From Thermoanaerobaculia bacterium (lineage in GTDB: Bacteria; Acidobacteriota; Thermoanaerobaculia; Multivoradales; Multivoraceae), in NCBI GenBank assembly GCA_963666565.1, contig OY762911.1, forward strand, positions 1,408,001 through 1,472,000: a DNA stretch of 64,000 nucleotides, given 5' to 3'. The first letter of the stretch is position 1. Every line of letters begins with the position of its first letter. The position numbers and the translations under genes were made by a program. The notes beneath the pieces were generated by a model that was not told the DNA's origin, did no database searches, and worked only from the letters and a program-made list of their open reading frames with translations. Below, piece by piece: positions 19,401 through 28,064 of the stretch.

Positions 19401-19536
19401 CGAGCAGGTAGAGCAGCAGCAGGACGCCGACGGCGACGCAGAGCGCGACGTAGCCGATCCGCTGCAGCAGCCCGTGGCTGTGCGAGTGGCCGTGGCCGTC
19501 GTCGTGGCCGTGAACCTGGAAATTGGGCGCGCCCAT
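16441..19536 (-). CDS. Heavy-metal P1B-type ATPase fused to a C-terminal HflK/SPFH domain
   Basis: His-rich N-terminus, TGE, CPC, DKTGT and GDGIND, then an extra TM plus GPGLHWRFPWP, LTGDENLV and HPP..VVDAFRD in one 1031-aa frame. Confidence 0.9.
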   Translation of the reverse strand: MGAPNFQVHGHDDGHGHSHSHGLLQRIGYVALCVAVGVLLLLYLLGVVRTVAGIDLALVLTLVAGYPLIRHAILDLLQGHFSSHLTIAIAAGAAVWIGEYFAAAEVMFIMLIGEGIEHWTVDRAKGAIAGFVASQPEQARVLRDGTGETAELVALGEVEIGDLVRVLAGERVPVDGTIERGTSSVDQSSVTGEPLPAQLAVGDAVWSGSLNEYGVLDIRSERTGSDTTVARIASLIEDAQSRRARVVRTADKLARYFLPAVLVAAGGIYLFTGEMMRTVAALIVACPCALVLATPAAMASAIARLAREGALVKGGDVIESLSRIDACVLDKTGTLTCGRPALTAIAPAGDMAENRLLRLAASAELTSEHLLGRALVAEARERRLDLAEPESFRLHPGRGVTATVDGHEIAVGNQALLAEVVGEDGMEAVAESVVPTPGSGETRLAVAIDGAIGGALALADPLRDEATCAVADLRQAGVDPIVMLTGDAAGTARTIGRRAGIDQVQAELLPEDKVGRLGELSRGGRNVLMVGDGINDAPSLAAASVGAAFGHGAADLSAEAAQVVLLPDRLDYLAPLLRYARRVVARIRSSILIFAFGINFVAVGFAAFGWLPPAAAAIVHQAASLLVILNCVRLLYEGRAVAAREGHGWRRFPVLAGPVDGLAAGWNAWNAGRRTAVHRLEHALEDSPARIRSAAPRLLRAAPFALVALWAATGLRTIEPREVGLVQRFGRHVGGELGPGLHWRFPWPVDRMTRVEPNRLRMAAVGSPRDAASADGDAAPSYEWNVRHAGFDETPPLERLMLTGDENLVEVAARIHYRVADTAAFAFAAADPARLVETSAERSLRTVLAGHSLDDVLTGRRDGIEDAWHGHLEAMLESLGAGVEVVSATVQDAHPPLDVVDAFRDAASALEERETLIDEAEGYALERLPIARGEARRQLLEAEAYRNRRVEAGRGESERFALRAAAYRRANDLHRFRLQLRTIEGSLAGKPKLITDATGGRKRFVFVDETPNRLLDVFVPPPGSGQNEVEQ

Positions 19537-19552
19537 CAGGAGGGTGCGGCGC

Positions 19553-20308
19553 TCACACCGCGAACAGCATGATGGCGAGGCCCGAGCCGGCGATCGCGAG
19601 GCCGCTCAGCGTGTGCGCGTGCGCGCGCAGGCCCGGGAAGCGCACGAAGTCGAGGCCGCGGTAGGCGAGCGTCACGACGCCGGCCATCGTCGCGATGGTG
19701 GTCGCGCCGAAGGCAACGGTCACCGGGACCACCGCCCACAAGCCGACCTGAAAGGCCGGCACCATGAGGATGGGGATCAGCGGCTCGCAGGGGCCGAGCA
19801 CGAAGATGACGAAGAGGCTCCAGGCGGTGAGACCGGCCACTCCGGCGGCGTTGCCGGACGGATGCTCGTGGCTTCCGGCCGCCGGATGGTCGTGCGAATG
19901 GACGAGGCCGCTTGCGTGGGCGTGGGCGTGGCGCTGCCGCCTGCGATTGCGGGCCAGCGACCAGCCGGCATAGGTAAGGCCGAAGGCGATGAGGGCCCAC
20001 GAAGCGAGGTCGCCGCGGACCGCCTCGATCGACTCGAAGACGCCGACGCGGCCCTCCATCCAATGGTGCCCTTCGCGGAGGTCCAGCCCGGTCGCGAAGA
20101 TCGCCAGCCCGATGCCGGCGCCGCCGAGCAGAACCGACGACGCGACATGCCCGCCGCCGCACAGTCCGGTGATCCACAGCGTCCGGCGCAGCGACCATCC
20201 GCGGGCCTTGCCGAGGACAACGAACGGCAGCGTGTGGTCGATGCCGATCAGCGTGTGGACGAAGCCGATGCCGACCGCGGCGCCGACCAGGACCCAGACC
20301 GCGTCCAT
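19553..20308 (-). CDS. His-rich Ni/Co transporter-like permease (UreH/RcnA/DsbD_2-like)
   Basis: HTLIGIDH in TM1, GGGH, HAHAHASGLVHSHDH loop, GPCEP, about 6 hydrophobic segments. Confidence 0.75.
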   Translation of the reverse strand: MDAVWVLVGAAVGIGFVHTLIGIDHTLPFVVLGKARGWSLRRTLWITGLCGGGHVASSVLLGGAGIGLAIFATGLDLREGHHWMEGRVGVFESIEAVRGDLASWALIAFGLTYAGWSLARNRRRQRHAHAHASGLVHSHDHPAAGSHEHPSGNAAGVAGLTAWSLFVIFVLGPCEPLIPILMVPAFQVGLWAVVPVTVAFGATTIATMAGVVTLAYRGLDFVRFPGLRAHAHTLSGLAIAGSGLAIMLFAV

Positions 20309-20315
20309 CTTCTAG

Positions 20316-20413
20316 GACCTCGCGCCGCAAAACGCGGCGAGGCGAGGGCCGCGGCGCGAGGTCGTGGAGAGGTGGGGGCTGGGGCCGAACATGGAGCTTG
20401 CGACAGGTTCGGC
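20316..20413 (-). promoter_or_regulatory. Structured intercistronic leader with a 13-bp stem covering the permease SD
   Basis: GACCTCGCGCCGC (20316-20328) pairs with 20351-20363; GAGGT lies 8 nt before the ATG; second hairpin 20384-20413. Confidence 0.45.
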
Positions 20414-20417
20414 GGCG

Positions 20418-23267
20418 CTACTCGACCGTCACCCAGATCGGCGACGACCAGGCGATCTCCCTGTTCTTCTGGATCACCCGCACATAGTAGTAGTGCTCGC
20501 CGGGCTCGACGTCGCTGTCGACGAAGGTCAGGTCGACTTCCCGGTCCAGGTTCTGGCGGTTGTAGAGGAAGGTCCGGTCGCGGATGATGTCGATTTGCTC
20601 GATGCGGGCGGTGCCGATCGCCTTGACCACCAGCTCGAAACGGCCCGAGACGGCGGGGACGATGTCGCCCTGCAGGTACTCCCGGCCGTTCGCGCGCATC
20701 CGGTAGTCGAGGATGATGTTGTCCGTCGCGGCGTACGAGTGGCGCCGCTTCATCGCGTCCAGGAGGCCTTCGGTGGTGAAGTCCTCGGCGATCGTGGCGG
20801 CGTAGGAGATGTGGGTCGAGATGTGGTCGGACGCGGCCTGCACGCCCAGCTTGTAGCCCTTGGCCCAGGCGTTCCAGACGAAGCCGGCGGGCTGGAAGCC
20901 TCCCTGCTGGCCCATCGGCTTCTCCGCCGTCGGGGCGCGCGGGGCGCCCTCGTACTCCGCCGACGTGCGGTCCCCCTGGTAGATCTCGACGAGCGGTTCG
21001 ACTTCCGGGTCGTTGTCCCGCCAGTCGGTGCCCATGCCGGTGGCCGAGGTATGGGGGATCGAGATCGCGTCGTGCTCCCGGAGGTACGCGAACAGCCGCG
21101 CCGCGCCCTTCTCGTGCCGCCGTTCGGCCTCGGTGATCTCGAGGGTCGGGATGCCGCGCCGGGGCGAGAGGATGTTGCGGTGACCGTCCGGGTAGCCGAT
21201 GCTGCGCTCGTAGGTGTAGACCGGCACGAAGCTTCCCGGCAGGCGGAAGATGTCGGCGATCTGCGGGTGCAGCCAGTTGACGTACTCGATGTCCTGGCCG
21301 CCCCGGTTGTTGTGCTCGCTGACGCCGAGGAAGTCGAGCTCGGCGGCGTCCAGAGCGTAGCGGTAGGCCTCCATCAGCGAGCCGTCGTTCAGGCCGTCGT
21401 GCGAGAACTCCGTGTGGCGGTGGGTGTCGCCCCGGTAGATGCGGTAGGTGCGGCCCTCCGACTCGATCGTGTACGCCCGGATGCGGGCGACGTCCTCGGC
21501 CTCGTTGGGATGGACCGGGTAGGTGTGGTACTCGCGGACGTCGGGGTCGACGAGCCGGGGCGGCGCGGCTTCGCCGGTCAGTGCGGGCAGTCTCGCCGCG
21601 TTGATCGAGGAGTGCTCGAAGAGGTACTCCTCGGAGTCGCGGTTGTCCGTCGGCCAGGCCGCGAACAGGTTGCCGCGGCCGTCGGCGGCCAGTTCCCAGC
21701 GCACGTCCTGGCGGCCGCGGCTGAAGGGCAAGTGGAGCGGCCGCGTCCATTCGCCGCCGGCGTAGGCGGTGCCGAAGATCTGCCAGGCGGCGCGGTGAGC
21801 GGGCGTGAAGTCCGGCGTGTCGCGGGCCCGGATCGTGCGGTGGCGGAAGAAGAGCCACATCCGGCCGTCGCCGTCGGCCTGGAGCACGGGCAGGTCGTTG
21901 AAGCCGGGGATGTACTCGGGAAGTTCGCGCTCGAGCGTCTCGTTCACGTCGGCCGCGGGAACCTGCCAGCGGCCGCCGTCCCACACCGCCACGGCCAGCG
22001 TGCGCCATTCGTAGAGGCGGGTCGCCTCCTTGTAGATCTCGAAGCCGGAGTCCTTGCCCCACTGGAAGCCGCTCTCGTTCCAGGCCGCCCAGAGGCGGTC
22101 CCGGGAGTCGCACGCGACCGAGACGTGGGCCTCGAACTTCGGCGTGCCGGCGACCGGCGCGACGTCCCCCCAGGCGCCGTCCGCGAAGCGCCGCGTCAGC
22201 ACGTCGTAGTTGCCCCGGTCGTAGGTGTCCCAGGCGACGTGGACGGAACCGTCGCCGCAGGCCGCGACCGCCGGCGTCCAGTCGTTGGCGGGAGAGGCCG
22301 AGACGGTTTCCTCGGCCGACCAGCGCGAGCCGTCGTGGCGGCGGGCGAGGATGTCCGAGCGGCCGCCGCGGAAGCCCTGCCAGACGAGCCAGAGGTTGCC
22401 TTCGGCGTCGGTGGCGAGTTCGTGCTCGATGTCCGCCTGGGGCGCCGAGGTCAGGCGTTCCGTCGCCGACCAGACGCCGTCGTCGGCGTTCTCCAGGTAG
22501 CGGCCGTAGAGGTCGAAGTTGCCGTCCGCCTGCTCGGACCAGACCGCCCAGAGCCGTCCCCGGCCGTCGCGCCCGAGCTTCGGCATCAGGCGATCGCCCG
22601 GTTCGCCGGTCACGGCGACGGCCGGTTGCCAGGTCGAACCGTCGAAGCGGCGGGCCACGATGGAAACGCCGCCGTCCCGGTAGGCGGTCCAGGCGGCCCA
22701 GACTTCGCCGTCCTCGCCGCTCGTCATCGTCGCGAAGTCGCTCTCATGGTCCGGCGACGACAGCGGTTCGGCCGGCGCGACCCGGTCGGCCAGTACGGCG
22801 CCGTCGAGGAATGCGAGTTCCTCGCCGACCCGGAGGTCGTGCGGCCGCAGGTCGAAGTCGCCGCGAAGAGTCGAGAAGGCGAGCCGGGTCCCCGACCGGG
22901 CCGCGACATCGACGACGACTCCCGGGTGGTGGAGGTAGGTCACCGTGCCCTTCGGGTCCTCCCACTGGTAGACCCGCCGCGGGTAGTTCATCCCCGGCCT
23001 GGTTGCCATCGTCCAGCTCGCGCCGTCGACTGACTCCGACGGGTGAACGCTCCAGTTCCGCAGAGCCAGCAGGTCGCCGCCCGAGACCTCGACCGAGCCG
23101 TCCCAGGACCGCGGCTCCGTGTCGGTGATCCCGAAACGGACTCGCACGGAGACGACGTCGTCGCCCGTGAGAGGAGGAACCGCCTGTGCGGCGAGCGTCC
23201 CGGTCAGGAGGAGAGTGCAGGCTAGACCGCTGACGGCGGCATGGAGCAGGGCGGGTCTTCGGGCCAT
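20418..23267 (-). CDS. Large secreted beta-propeller + PHP/DUF3604-like metallohydrolase domain protein
   Basis: Signal peptide, Trp-rich propeller-like repeats, GDTHRHTE, EHN, PHTS, ASDH and YYYVRV..AWSSPIWV. Confidence 0.75.
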   Translation of the reverse strand: MARRPALLHAAVSGLACTLLLTGTLAAQAVPPLTGDDVVSVRVRFGITDTEPRSWDGSVEVSGGDLLALRNWSVHPSESVDGASWTMATRPGMNYPRRVYQWEDPKGTVTYLHHPGVVVDVAARSGTRLAFSTLRGDFDLRPHDLRVGEELAFLDGAVLADRVAPAEPLSSPDHESDFATMTSGEDGEVWAAWTAYRDGGVSIVARRFDGSTWQPAVAVTGEPGDRLMPKLGRDGRGRLWAVWSEQADGNFDLYGRYLENADDGVWSATERLTSAPQADIEHELATDAEGNLWLVWQGFRGGRSDILARRHDGSRWSAEETVSASPANDWTPAVAACGDGSVHVAWDTYDRGNYDVLTRRFADGAWGDVAPVAGTPKFEAHVSVACDSRDRLWAAWNESGFQWGKDSGFEIYKEATRLYEWRTLAVAVWDGGRWQVPAADVNETLERELPEYIPGFNDLPVLQADGDGRMWLFFRHRTIRARDTPDFTPAHRAAWQIFGTAYAGGEWTRPLHLPFSRGRQDVRWELAADGRGNLFAAWPTDNRDSEEYLFEHSSINAARLPALTGEAAPPRLVDPDVREYHTYPVHPNEAEDVARIRAYTIESEGRTYRIYRGDTHRHTEFSHDGLNDGSLMEAYRYALDAAELDFLGVSEHNNRGGQDIEYVNWLHPQIADIFRLPGSFVPVYTYERSIGYPDGHRNILSPRRGIPTLEITEAERRHEKGAARLFAYLREHDAISIPHTSATGMGTDWRDNDPEVEPLVEIYQGDRTSAEYEGAPRAPTAEKPMGQQGGFQPAGFVWNAWAKGYKLGVQAASDHISTHISYAATIAEDFTTEGLLDAMKRRHSYAATDNIILDYRMRANGREYLQGDIVPAVSGRFELVVKAIGTARIEQIDIIRDRTFLYNRQNLDREVDLTFVDSDVEPGEHYYYVRVIQKNREIAWSSPIWVTVE

Positions 23268-23352
23268 GGCTCCTCCAAACGAGGCCAACAGGAACGAGGT
23301 TAGCGGTTCATCCTAGCGAGGAGTCTGCGCCGCACAACGTCGACGGTCCAGA

Positions 23353-23424
23353 CTGGGTGCGCGGGTCTTCTGACCCGCTGCCGCCGAAGGCGGCCGTAAG
23401 ACCGCGCCGGCCGCAAAGGCCGGC
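23353..23424 (+). repeat. REP-like element type A with hairpins 2 and 3
   Basis: CTGGGTGCGCGGGTCTTCTGACCCGC, GCCGCC-GAA-GGCGGC, GCCGGCC-GCAAA-GGCCGGC. Confidence 0.85.
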
Positions 23425-23510
23425 TCCGCTAGCCGCACTCGCCTTCGCCGCCGCTACACTGAGTCCATATCCGTCCGAAGGCAGAACTCACCGTCCGAAG
23501 GGAGATCGCC

Positions 23511-25448
23511 GTGCAGCGACTGGCCGTTTCGATCCTGACCCTGGCCGCACTCGTGGCGTTCGGCTGCGCCACCGACGACTCCGCCGACCCGGCCGCGACC
23601 CCGGCCGGCGACATCGCGCAAGGCACCGGCAACCCGGCCGACCGCCAGGCCTTCTACGGCGACCTGCACGTCCACACGAAGTACTCCTACGACGCCTTCG
23701 TGTTCGCGACCCGCGCCGGACCGGACGAGGCCTACGAGTTCGCCAAAGGGAACCCGATCGAGCACCCGGCCGGGTTCGAACTGAAGCTCGACCGGCCGCT
23801 CGATTTCCAGGGCGTCTCGGACCACGCGAACTATCTCGGCATGCTGCCGGCGATGGTCGACCCCGACCAGCCAGCCTACAATCACCCTGCGGCCGAGACG
23901 GTGCGGAACGCCGAAACCGTCCAGGAGCGGCGAGGCATCTTCGCCGCCTTGCAGCCCTACGTGCGCTACATGGCCGACGCCGATCCGAGCATCCGGGAGC
24001 ATCTCGACAAGAACGTCGTCCGTTCCGCCTGGAGCGAGATCGCGGCTTCGGCCAACCGCCACTACGAGCCGGGCGTCTTCACCACCTTCATCGCCTACGA
24101 GTACACCTCGGCCGGCGCCGGCGGCATCTACGAGAACCTGCACCGCAACGTCGTCTTCCGCGGCGCCGAGGCGCCGGACATCCCCTTCTCGCGCCTCGAC
24201 TCCTACAACCCGGAGGACCTCTGGGCGCGGATGGACGAGTGGCGAGCCGACGGCTTCGAGGCGATCGCGATCCCCCACAACACGAACGGCTCGGGCGGGC
24301 GGATGTTCGAGTACGAGTACTTCGAGGGCGGCGCCATCGACCAAGCCTACTCGGATCTCCGCAGCCGCAACGAGCCGATCGTCGAGATCACCCAGACCAA
24401 GGGGACATCCGAGACCCACCCGGCGCTGTCGCCGAACGACGAGTGGGCGGGCTTCGAGATCATGCCGTATCGGGTCTCCACGAGCATCCTGAGCGAGCCG
24501 CCCGGCAGCTACGTGCGGGACGCCTACCGCCGCGGCCTGACGATCGAGGCCGGAGGCGTGTCGAACCCGTACAAGCTCGGCGTCATCGGCTCGTCCGACA
24601 CCCACGTCGCCGCCGGCTCGTTCGACGAGGCCAACTACTGGGGCGCCTCGGGCCTGATGCAGCAGACCGCCGAGCAGCGCGGTTCGGTGCCCAGCGAACC
24701 CGCGGCCGGAGCAGACTTGCAGAACCCCACCGCCGCGGCAGAACCGATCGACGACGGGACCGGCCGCATCTACCCGTTCACGACGGCGATCACGAACGGC
24801 GCCTCGGGCCTCGCCGCGGTCTGGGCCGACGCCAACACCCGCGAGGCGATCTTCGACGCCATGCGCCGCAAGGAGACGTTCGCCACCAGCGGTACTCGCA
24901 TGAAGGTTCGCTTCTTCGGCGGTGCCGGACTGGGCGACCTCGACCTCGACGACCCGGAATTGGTCGCCGCGGCATACGAGGCCGGCGTCCCGATGGGCGG
25001 CGACCTCACCGGCGACGACGACGACGAGGCGCCGAGCTTCCTCGTCTGGGCAATGCAGGACACGATGGCCGCATCGCTCCAGCGCGTCCAGATCGTCAAG
25101 GGCTGGGAATCCGGCGGCGAGACGGCGGAGATGGTCTACGACGTCGCCTGTTCAGACGGCCTCGAGGTCGATCCGGCAACCAACCGCTGCCCCGACAACG
25201 GCGCCACCGTCGACCTCAACGACTGCTCAACCAGCGCCGACGTCGGTGCCGCCGAACTCAAGACGATCTGGACCGACCCCGACTTCGACCCGGACCAGCG
25301 CGCCTTCTACTACGCGCGGGTGCTGGAGAACCCGACCTGCCGCTGGTCGTCCTGGGACGCACTGCGAGCCGGTACCGCGCCGCGCCAGGACTTCCCGGCA
25401 ACCATCCAGGAACGCGCCTGGTCGTCGCCCATCTGGTACACCCCCTGA
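23511..25448 (+). CDS. DUF3604 domain lipoprotein (PHP-like)
   Basis: Lipobox AFGC; FYGDLHVHT, IPHN, KGTSETHP, YYARVLENPTCRWS and IQERAWSSPIWY. Confidence 0.9.
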   Translation: MQRLAVSILTLAALVAFGCATDDSADPAATPAGDIAQGTGNPADRQAFYGDLHVHTKYSYDAFVFATRAGPDEAYEFAKGNPIEHPAGFELKLDRPLDFQGVSDHANYLGMLPAMVDPDQPAYNHPAAETVRNAETVQERRGIFAALQPYVRYMADADPSIREHLDKNVVRSAWSEIAASANRHYEPGVFTTFIAYEYTSAGAGGIYENLHRNVVFRGAEAPDIPFSRLDSYNPEDLWARMDEWRADGFEAIAIPHNTNGSGGRMFEYEYFEGGAIDQAYSDLRSRNEPIVEITQTKGTSETHPALSPNDEWAGFEIMPYRVSTSILSEPPGSYVRDAYRRGLTIEAGGVSNPYKLGVIGSSDTHVAAGSFDEANYWGASGLMQQTAEQRGSVPSEPAAGADLQNPTAAAEPIDDGTGRIYPFTTAITNGASGLAAVWADANTREAIFDAMRRKETFATSGTRMKVRFFGGAGLGDLDLDDPELVAAAYEAGVPMGGDLTGDDDDEAPSFLVWAMQDTMAASLQRVQIVKGWESGGETAEMVYDVACSDGLEVDPATNRCPDNGATVDLNDCSTSADVGAAELKTIWTDPDFDPDQRAFYYARVLENPTCRWSSWDALRAGTAPRQDFPATIQERAWSSPIWYTP

Positions 25449-25450
25449 GC

Positions 25451-25492
25451 CTGGGTGCGCGGGTCTTCCGACCCGCTGCCGCCGCAGGCGGC
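25451..25492 (+). repeat. REP-like element type A
   Basis: CTGGGTGCGCGGGTCTTCCGACCCGCTGCCGCC-GCA-GGCGGC, 3 nt after the stop. Confidence 0.85.
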
Positions 25493-25526
25493 GTTCAGCA
25501 GCGTCGCGGGCCTGCGGCCGGTGACC

Positions 25527-25739
25527 TCATTGTCCGGACTGCGCCTTCCCGGCCCGCCGACGGGCCTGAAGGAGATAGACGACGAGCCCCATCGCGCCGC
25601 CGAGCAGCGCGAGCGCCGGCGTGTCGGCGCCCCTGTCGCCGAGCATGGCGTTGAATCCGGCCCCGGCGAGGAAGCCGATCAGCACGGCGAGCAGAGCCTT
25701 GCCCACACCGATGGAGCGTGCTTTGGTGCGGGAATTCAC
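25527..25739 (-). CDS. Small 2-TM membrane protein (70 aa)
   Basis: Two Gly-rich hydrophobic segments with basic flanks. Confidence 0.55.
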   Translation of the reverse strand: MNSRTKARSIGVGKALLAVLIGFLAGAGFNAMLGDRGADTPALALLGGAMGLVVYLLQARRRAGKAQSGQ

Positions 25740-25777
25740 GGTGACCTGGCCCGAGCGACGGAGCGGAGCCTATCGAG

Positions 25778-25878
25778 GCTTGCATGGAGCTGGCCGCCAA
25801 AGCGGTGCCGGCCTTGCGGCCGGCGCGTGCTCCTGACCGCCTGCGGCGGTAGCGGGTCGGAAGACCCGCGCGCCCAGC
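25778..25878 (-). repeat. Full-length (about 100 bp) REP/MITE-like element
   Basis: Aligns by eye over its length with 62585-62680 and 28894-28991. Confidence 0.8.
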
Positions 25879-25981
25879 GGGCGGCCAGTTCCATGCGCGT
25901 CAGCGCTGCGCGGACGCAGCGCCTGCTGCTAGCTTGGCCGTCCGGCGGCGACCGCCGGCACTTCGACGGAGACGCGCACCC

Positions 25982-27097
25982 ATGAAGATCGACGATCTCA
26001 GAATCACCCTCTTCGCCTGGAACGACATCCCGCCCCACTCCTACCTGGGCCGGGGTCCGTTCGACCCGGCGGGCAAGCCGAACCGGGTCGGCGAACTGGC
26101 TCTGGTGACGATCCGTACCGACGACGGGATCGAGGGCCACTCCTTCCTCGGCATGGGGGCGAGCATCGGCGCCAAGCAGTTGCTGCAGATGTTGAAGCCG
26201 ATGCTGATGGGCCGCGATCCGCTAGCCCGCGAGCGGATCTACCAGCAGATGCTGGAGCGGCGGCTGGTGGTTCAGCCCTGGGTGGTCGGCGCCGTCGACG
26301 TCGCCCTTTGGGACCTTGGCGGCAAGGCGGCGGGGGAGCCGATCCACCGGTTGCTCGGGACGTACCGGGAGAAGCTGCCGGCGTACGCGAGCTCCGAACA
26401 GCAGCCCAGCGTCGAGGCGTACGTCGAGCAGGCGCTCTCCTACCAGGGCAACGGCTGGCGAGGCTACAAGATCCACCCGTTTCGCGTATGGCGGGACGAC
26501 ATGAAGATCTGCCGGGCCGTGCGCGAGGCGGTGGGAGACGGCTTTCCGCTGATGCTCGACTCGACCTGGGGCTACGACTACCCGCAGGCCCTGCGGGTAG
26601 GCAAGCTGATCGAAGAACTCGACTTCGAGTGGTACGAGGACCCGCTCGGCGACCAGGACATCTACAACTACACGAAGCTCCGCCAGCAGCTACGGATCCC
26701 GATCCTGGCCACCGAGTTCCCGGGCGCCTGGTACGACTCGTTCGCGCCGTGGATCTACAACCGGGCAACCGACTACCTGCGCGGCGACGTCGCGCTCAAG
26801 GGCGGCATCACGGGCTGCCTGAAGGCGGCCCACCTGGCCGAGGGTTTCGGGATGAACTTCGAGATCCACCACGGCGGCAACTCGCTGAACAACGTCGCGC
26901 ACCTGCACCTGAGCGCCGCGATCCGAAACTGCGAGTGGTTCGAGGTTCTGCTGCCGGCGGGAGCGCAGAAGTACGGCCTGGTCGAGGACATCGAGGTCGA
27001 CTCGGAGGGCTACGTCCACGCCCCGACGGGCCCCGGCCTCGGCGTCGAGATCGACTTCGACCTGATCGAGCGGAACAAGACCGCCGAGCTCCGGTAG
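25982..27097 (+). CDS. Mandelate racemase/muconate lactonizing enzyme family enolase
   Basis: VDVALWDL, KIH, LMLD, WYEDP, ATE, GGITG and PTGPGLG motifs. Confidence 0.9.
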   Translation: MKIDDLRITLFAWNDIPPHSYLGRGPFDPAGKPNRVGELALVTIRTDDGIEGHSFLGMGASIGAKQLLQMLKPMLMGRDPLARERIYQQMLERRLVVQPWVVGAVDVALWDLGGKAAGEPIHRLLGTYREKLPAYASSEQQPSVEAYVEQALSYQGNGWRGYKIHPFRVWRDDMKICRAVREAVGDGFPLMLDSTWGYDYPQALRVGKLIEELDFEWYEDPLGDQDIYNYTKLRQQLRIPILATEFPGAWYDSFAPWIYNRATDYLRGDVALKGGITGCLKAAHLAEGFGMNFEIHHGGNSLNNVAHLHLSAAIRNCEWFEVLLPAGAQKYGLVEDIEVDSEGYVHAPTGPGLGVEIDFDLIERNKTAELR

Positions 27098-27101
27098 CCC
27101 G

Positions 27102-27238
27102 CTGGGTGCGCGGGTCTTCCGACCCGCTCGCGGGCGAAAGCCGCGGAGCGGCGCAGTCCGCACAAATCAGGCCGCCGGCCGGCGACGATGCTGGACGCCG
27201 CCTCCGGCGGCAGCGGGTCGGAAGACCCGCGCACCCAG
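27102..27238. repeat. Inverted type A REP pair between convergent genes
   Basis: Type A on + at 27102-27127 and on - at 27197-27238; internal GCCGC-GGA-GCGGC. Confidence 0.85.
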
Positions 27239-27245
27239 TGCGTTG

Positions 27246-27977
27246 CTACTTGCCGGTCAGCTCTGTCTTCAGCCACCCGATCAGCGTCGGCTCGAGGTCC
27301 GCGTTCTTCGCGAACATCGGCAGGCCGTGCTCGGGGCCGTCGTAGATCTTCGCCGTCGAGTTCGGATGCTTCGAACCCTTGACGGCGCCCTTGAGCTGCT
27401 TGTCGACACCGGCCGTGATCGTGTCGCCGGTCGCCGCGGCGGCGAAGACCGCCAGGTCGGACCTGGCCGCCATGTTCTTGACGGCCGCCTCGCTCGGCGG
27501 GCCGGACAGCAGCATCAGCGCCTTGACCGGCCGGCGCGCGGCCAGGTCGGCCGTCAGCATCGCGCCACAACTGGCGCCGCCCGCGCCCATCCGGCCCGTG
27601 TCGACGCCTTCCTGCTTGCTCAGATAGTCGAACGCCATGTCGACGTCGCCGGACGCCGTCTTCAGGAACGGCGGGAACCCGCCGGCCTCACGAATGCCGG
27701 CGCCGCCGCTCTCGCCGAAGCCGCGCAGGTCCATCGTCAGCACGTGGACGCCCGCGTCGACGAGCTGCGAGGCGATTCCCTTCCAGGACTTCCGGTCTAG
27801 GTTGCACTGGTGGATCAGCAGCATCGCCGGGCCAGGCTTGCCGGGCGACATGTAGGTCGCCTTCAGCATCGTGCCGTCGGACGCCTCGAGATCGACGTCC
27901 ATCGATCCGGCCGCCGCCGGCATGGCCGCCAGCGCCAGGAGCGCCGCCGCCGCAAGAAGGGAAGTGGTGTACCGCAT
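27246..27977 (-). CDS. Secreted alpha/beta hydrolase
   Basis: Signal peptide, DLRGFGES, GASCG nucleophile elbow, C-terminal EHG; GAGGAG RBS. Confidence 0.85.
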   Translation of the reverse strand: MRYTTSLLAAAALLALAAMPAAAGSMDVDLEASDGTMLKATYMSPGKPGPAMLLIHQCNLDRKSWKGIASQLVDAGVHVLTMDLRGFGESGGAGIREAGGFPPFLKTASGDVDMAFDYLSKQEGVDTGRMGAGGASCGAMLTADLAARRPVKALMLLSGPPSEAAVKNMAARSDLAVFAAAATGDTITAGVDKQLKGAVKGSKHPNSTAKIYDGPEHGLPMFAKNADLEPTLIGWLKTELTGK

Positions 27978-28064
27978 GAGTGTCTCCTCGTGGTTCGACG
28001 CGGCTGCCCGCATCGCTGGTTCCGGCGTGCCGGCTGTTGAGTCGTGGTTGCGAGGCGGACTCTA

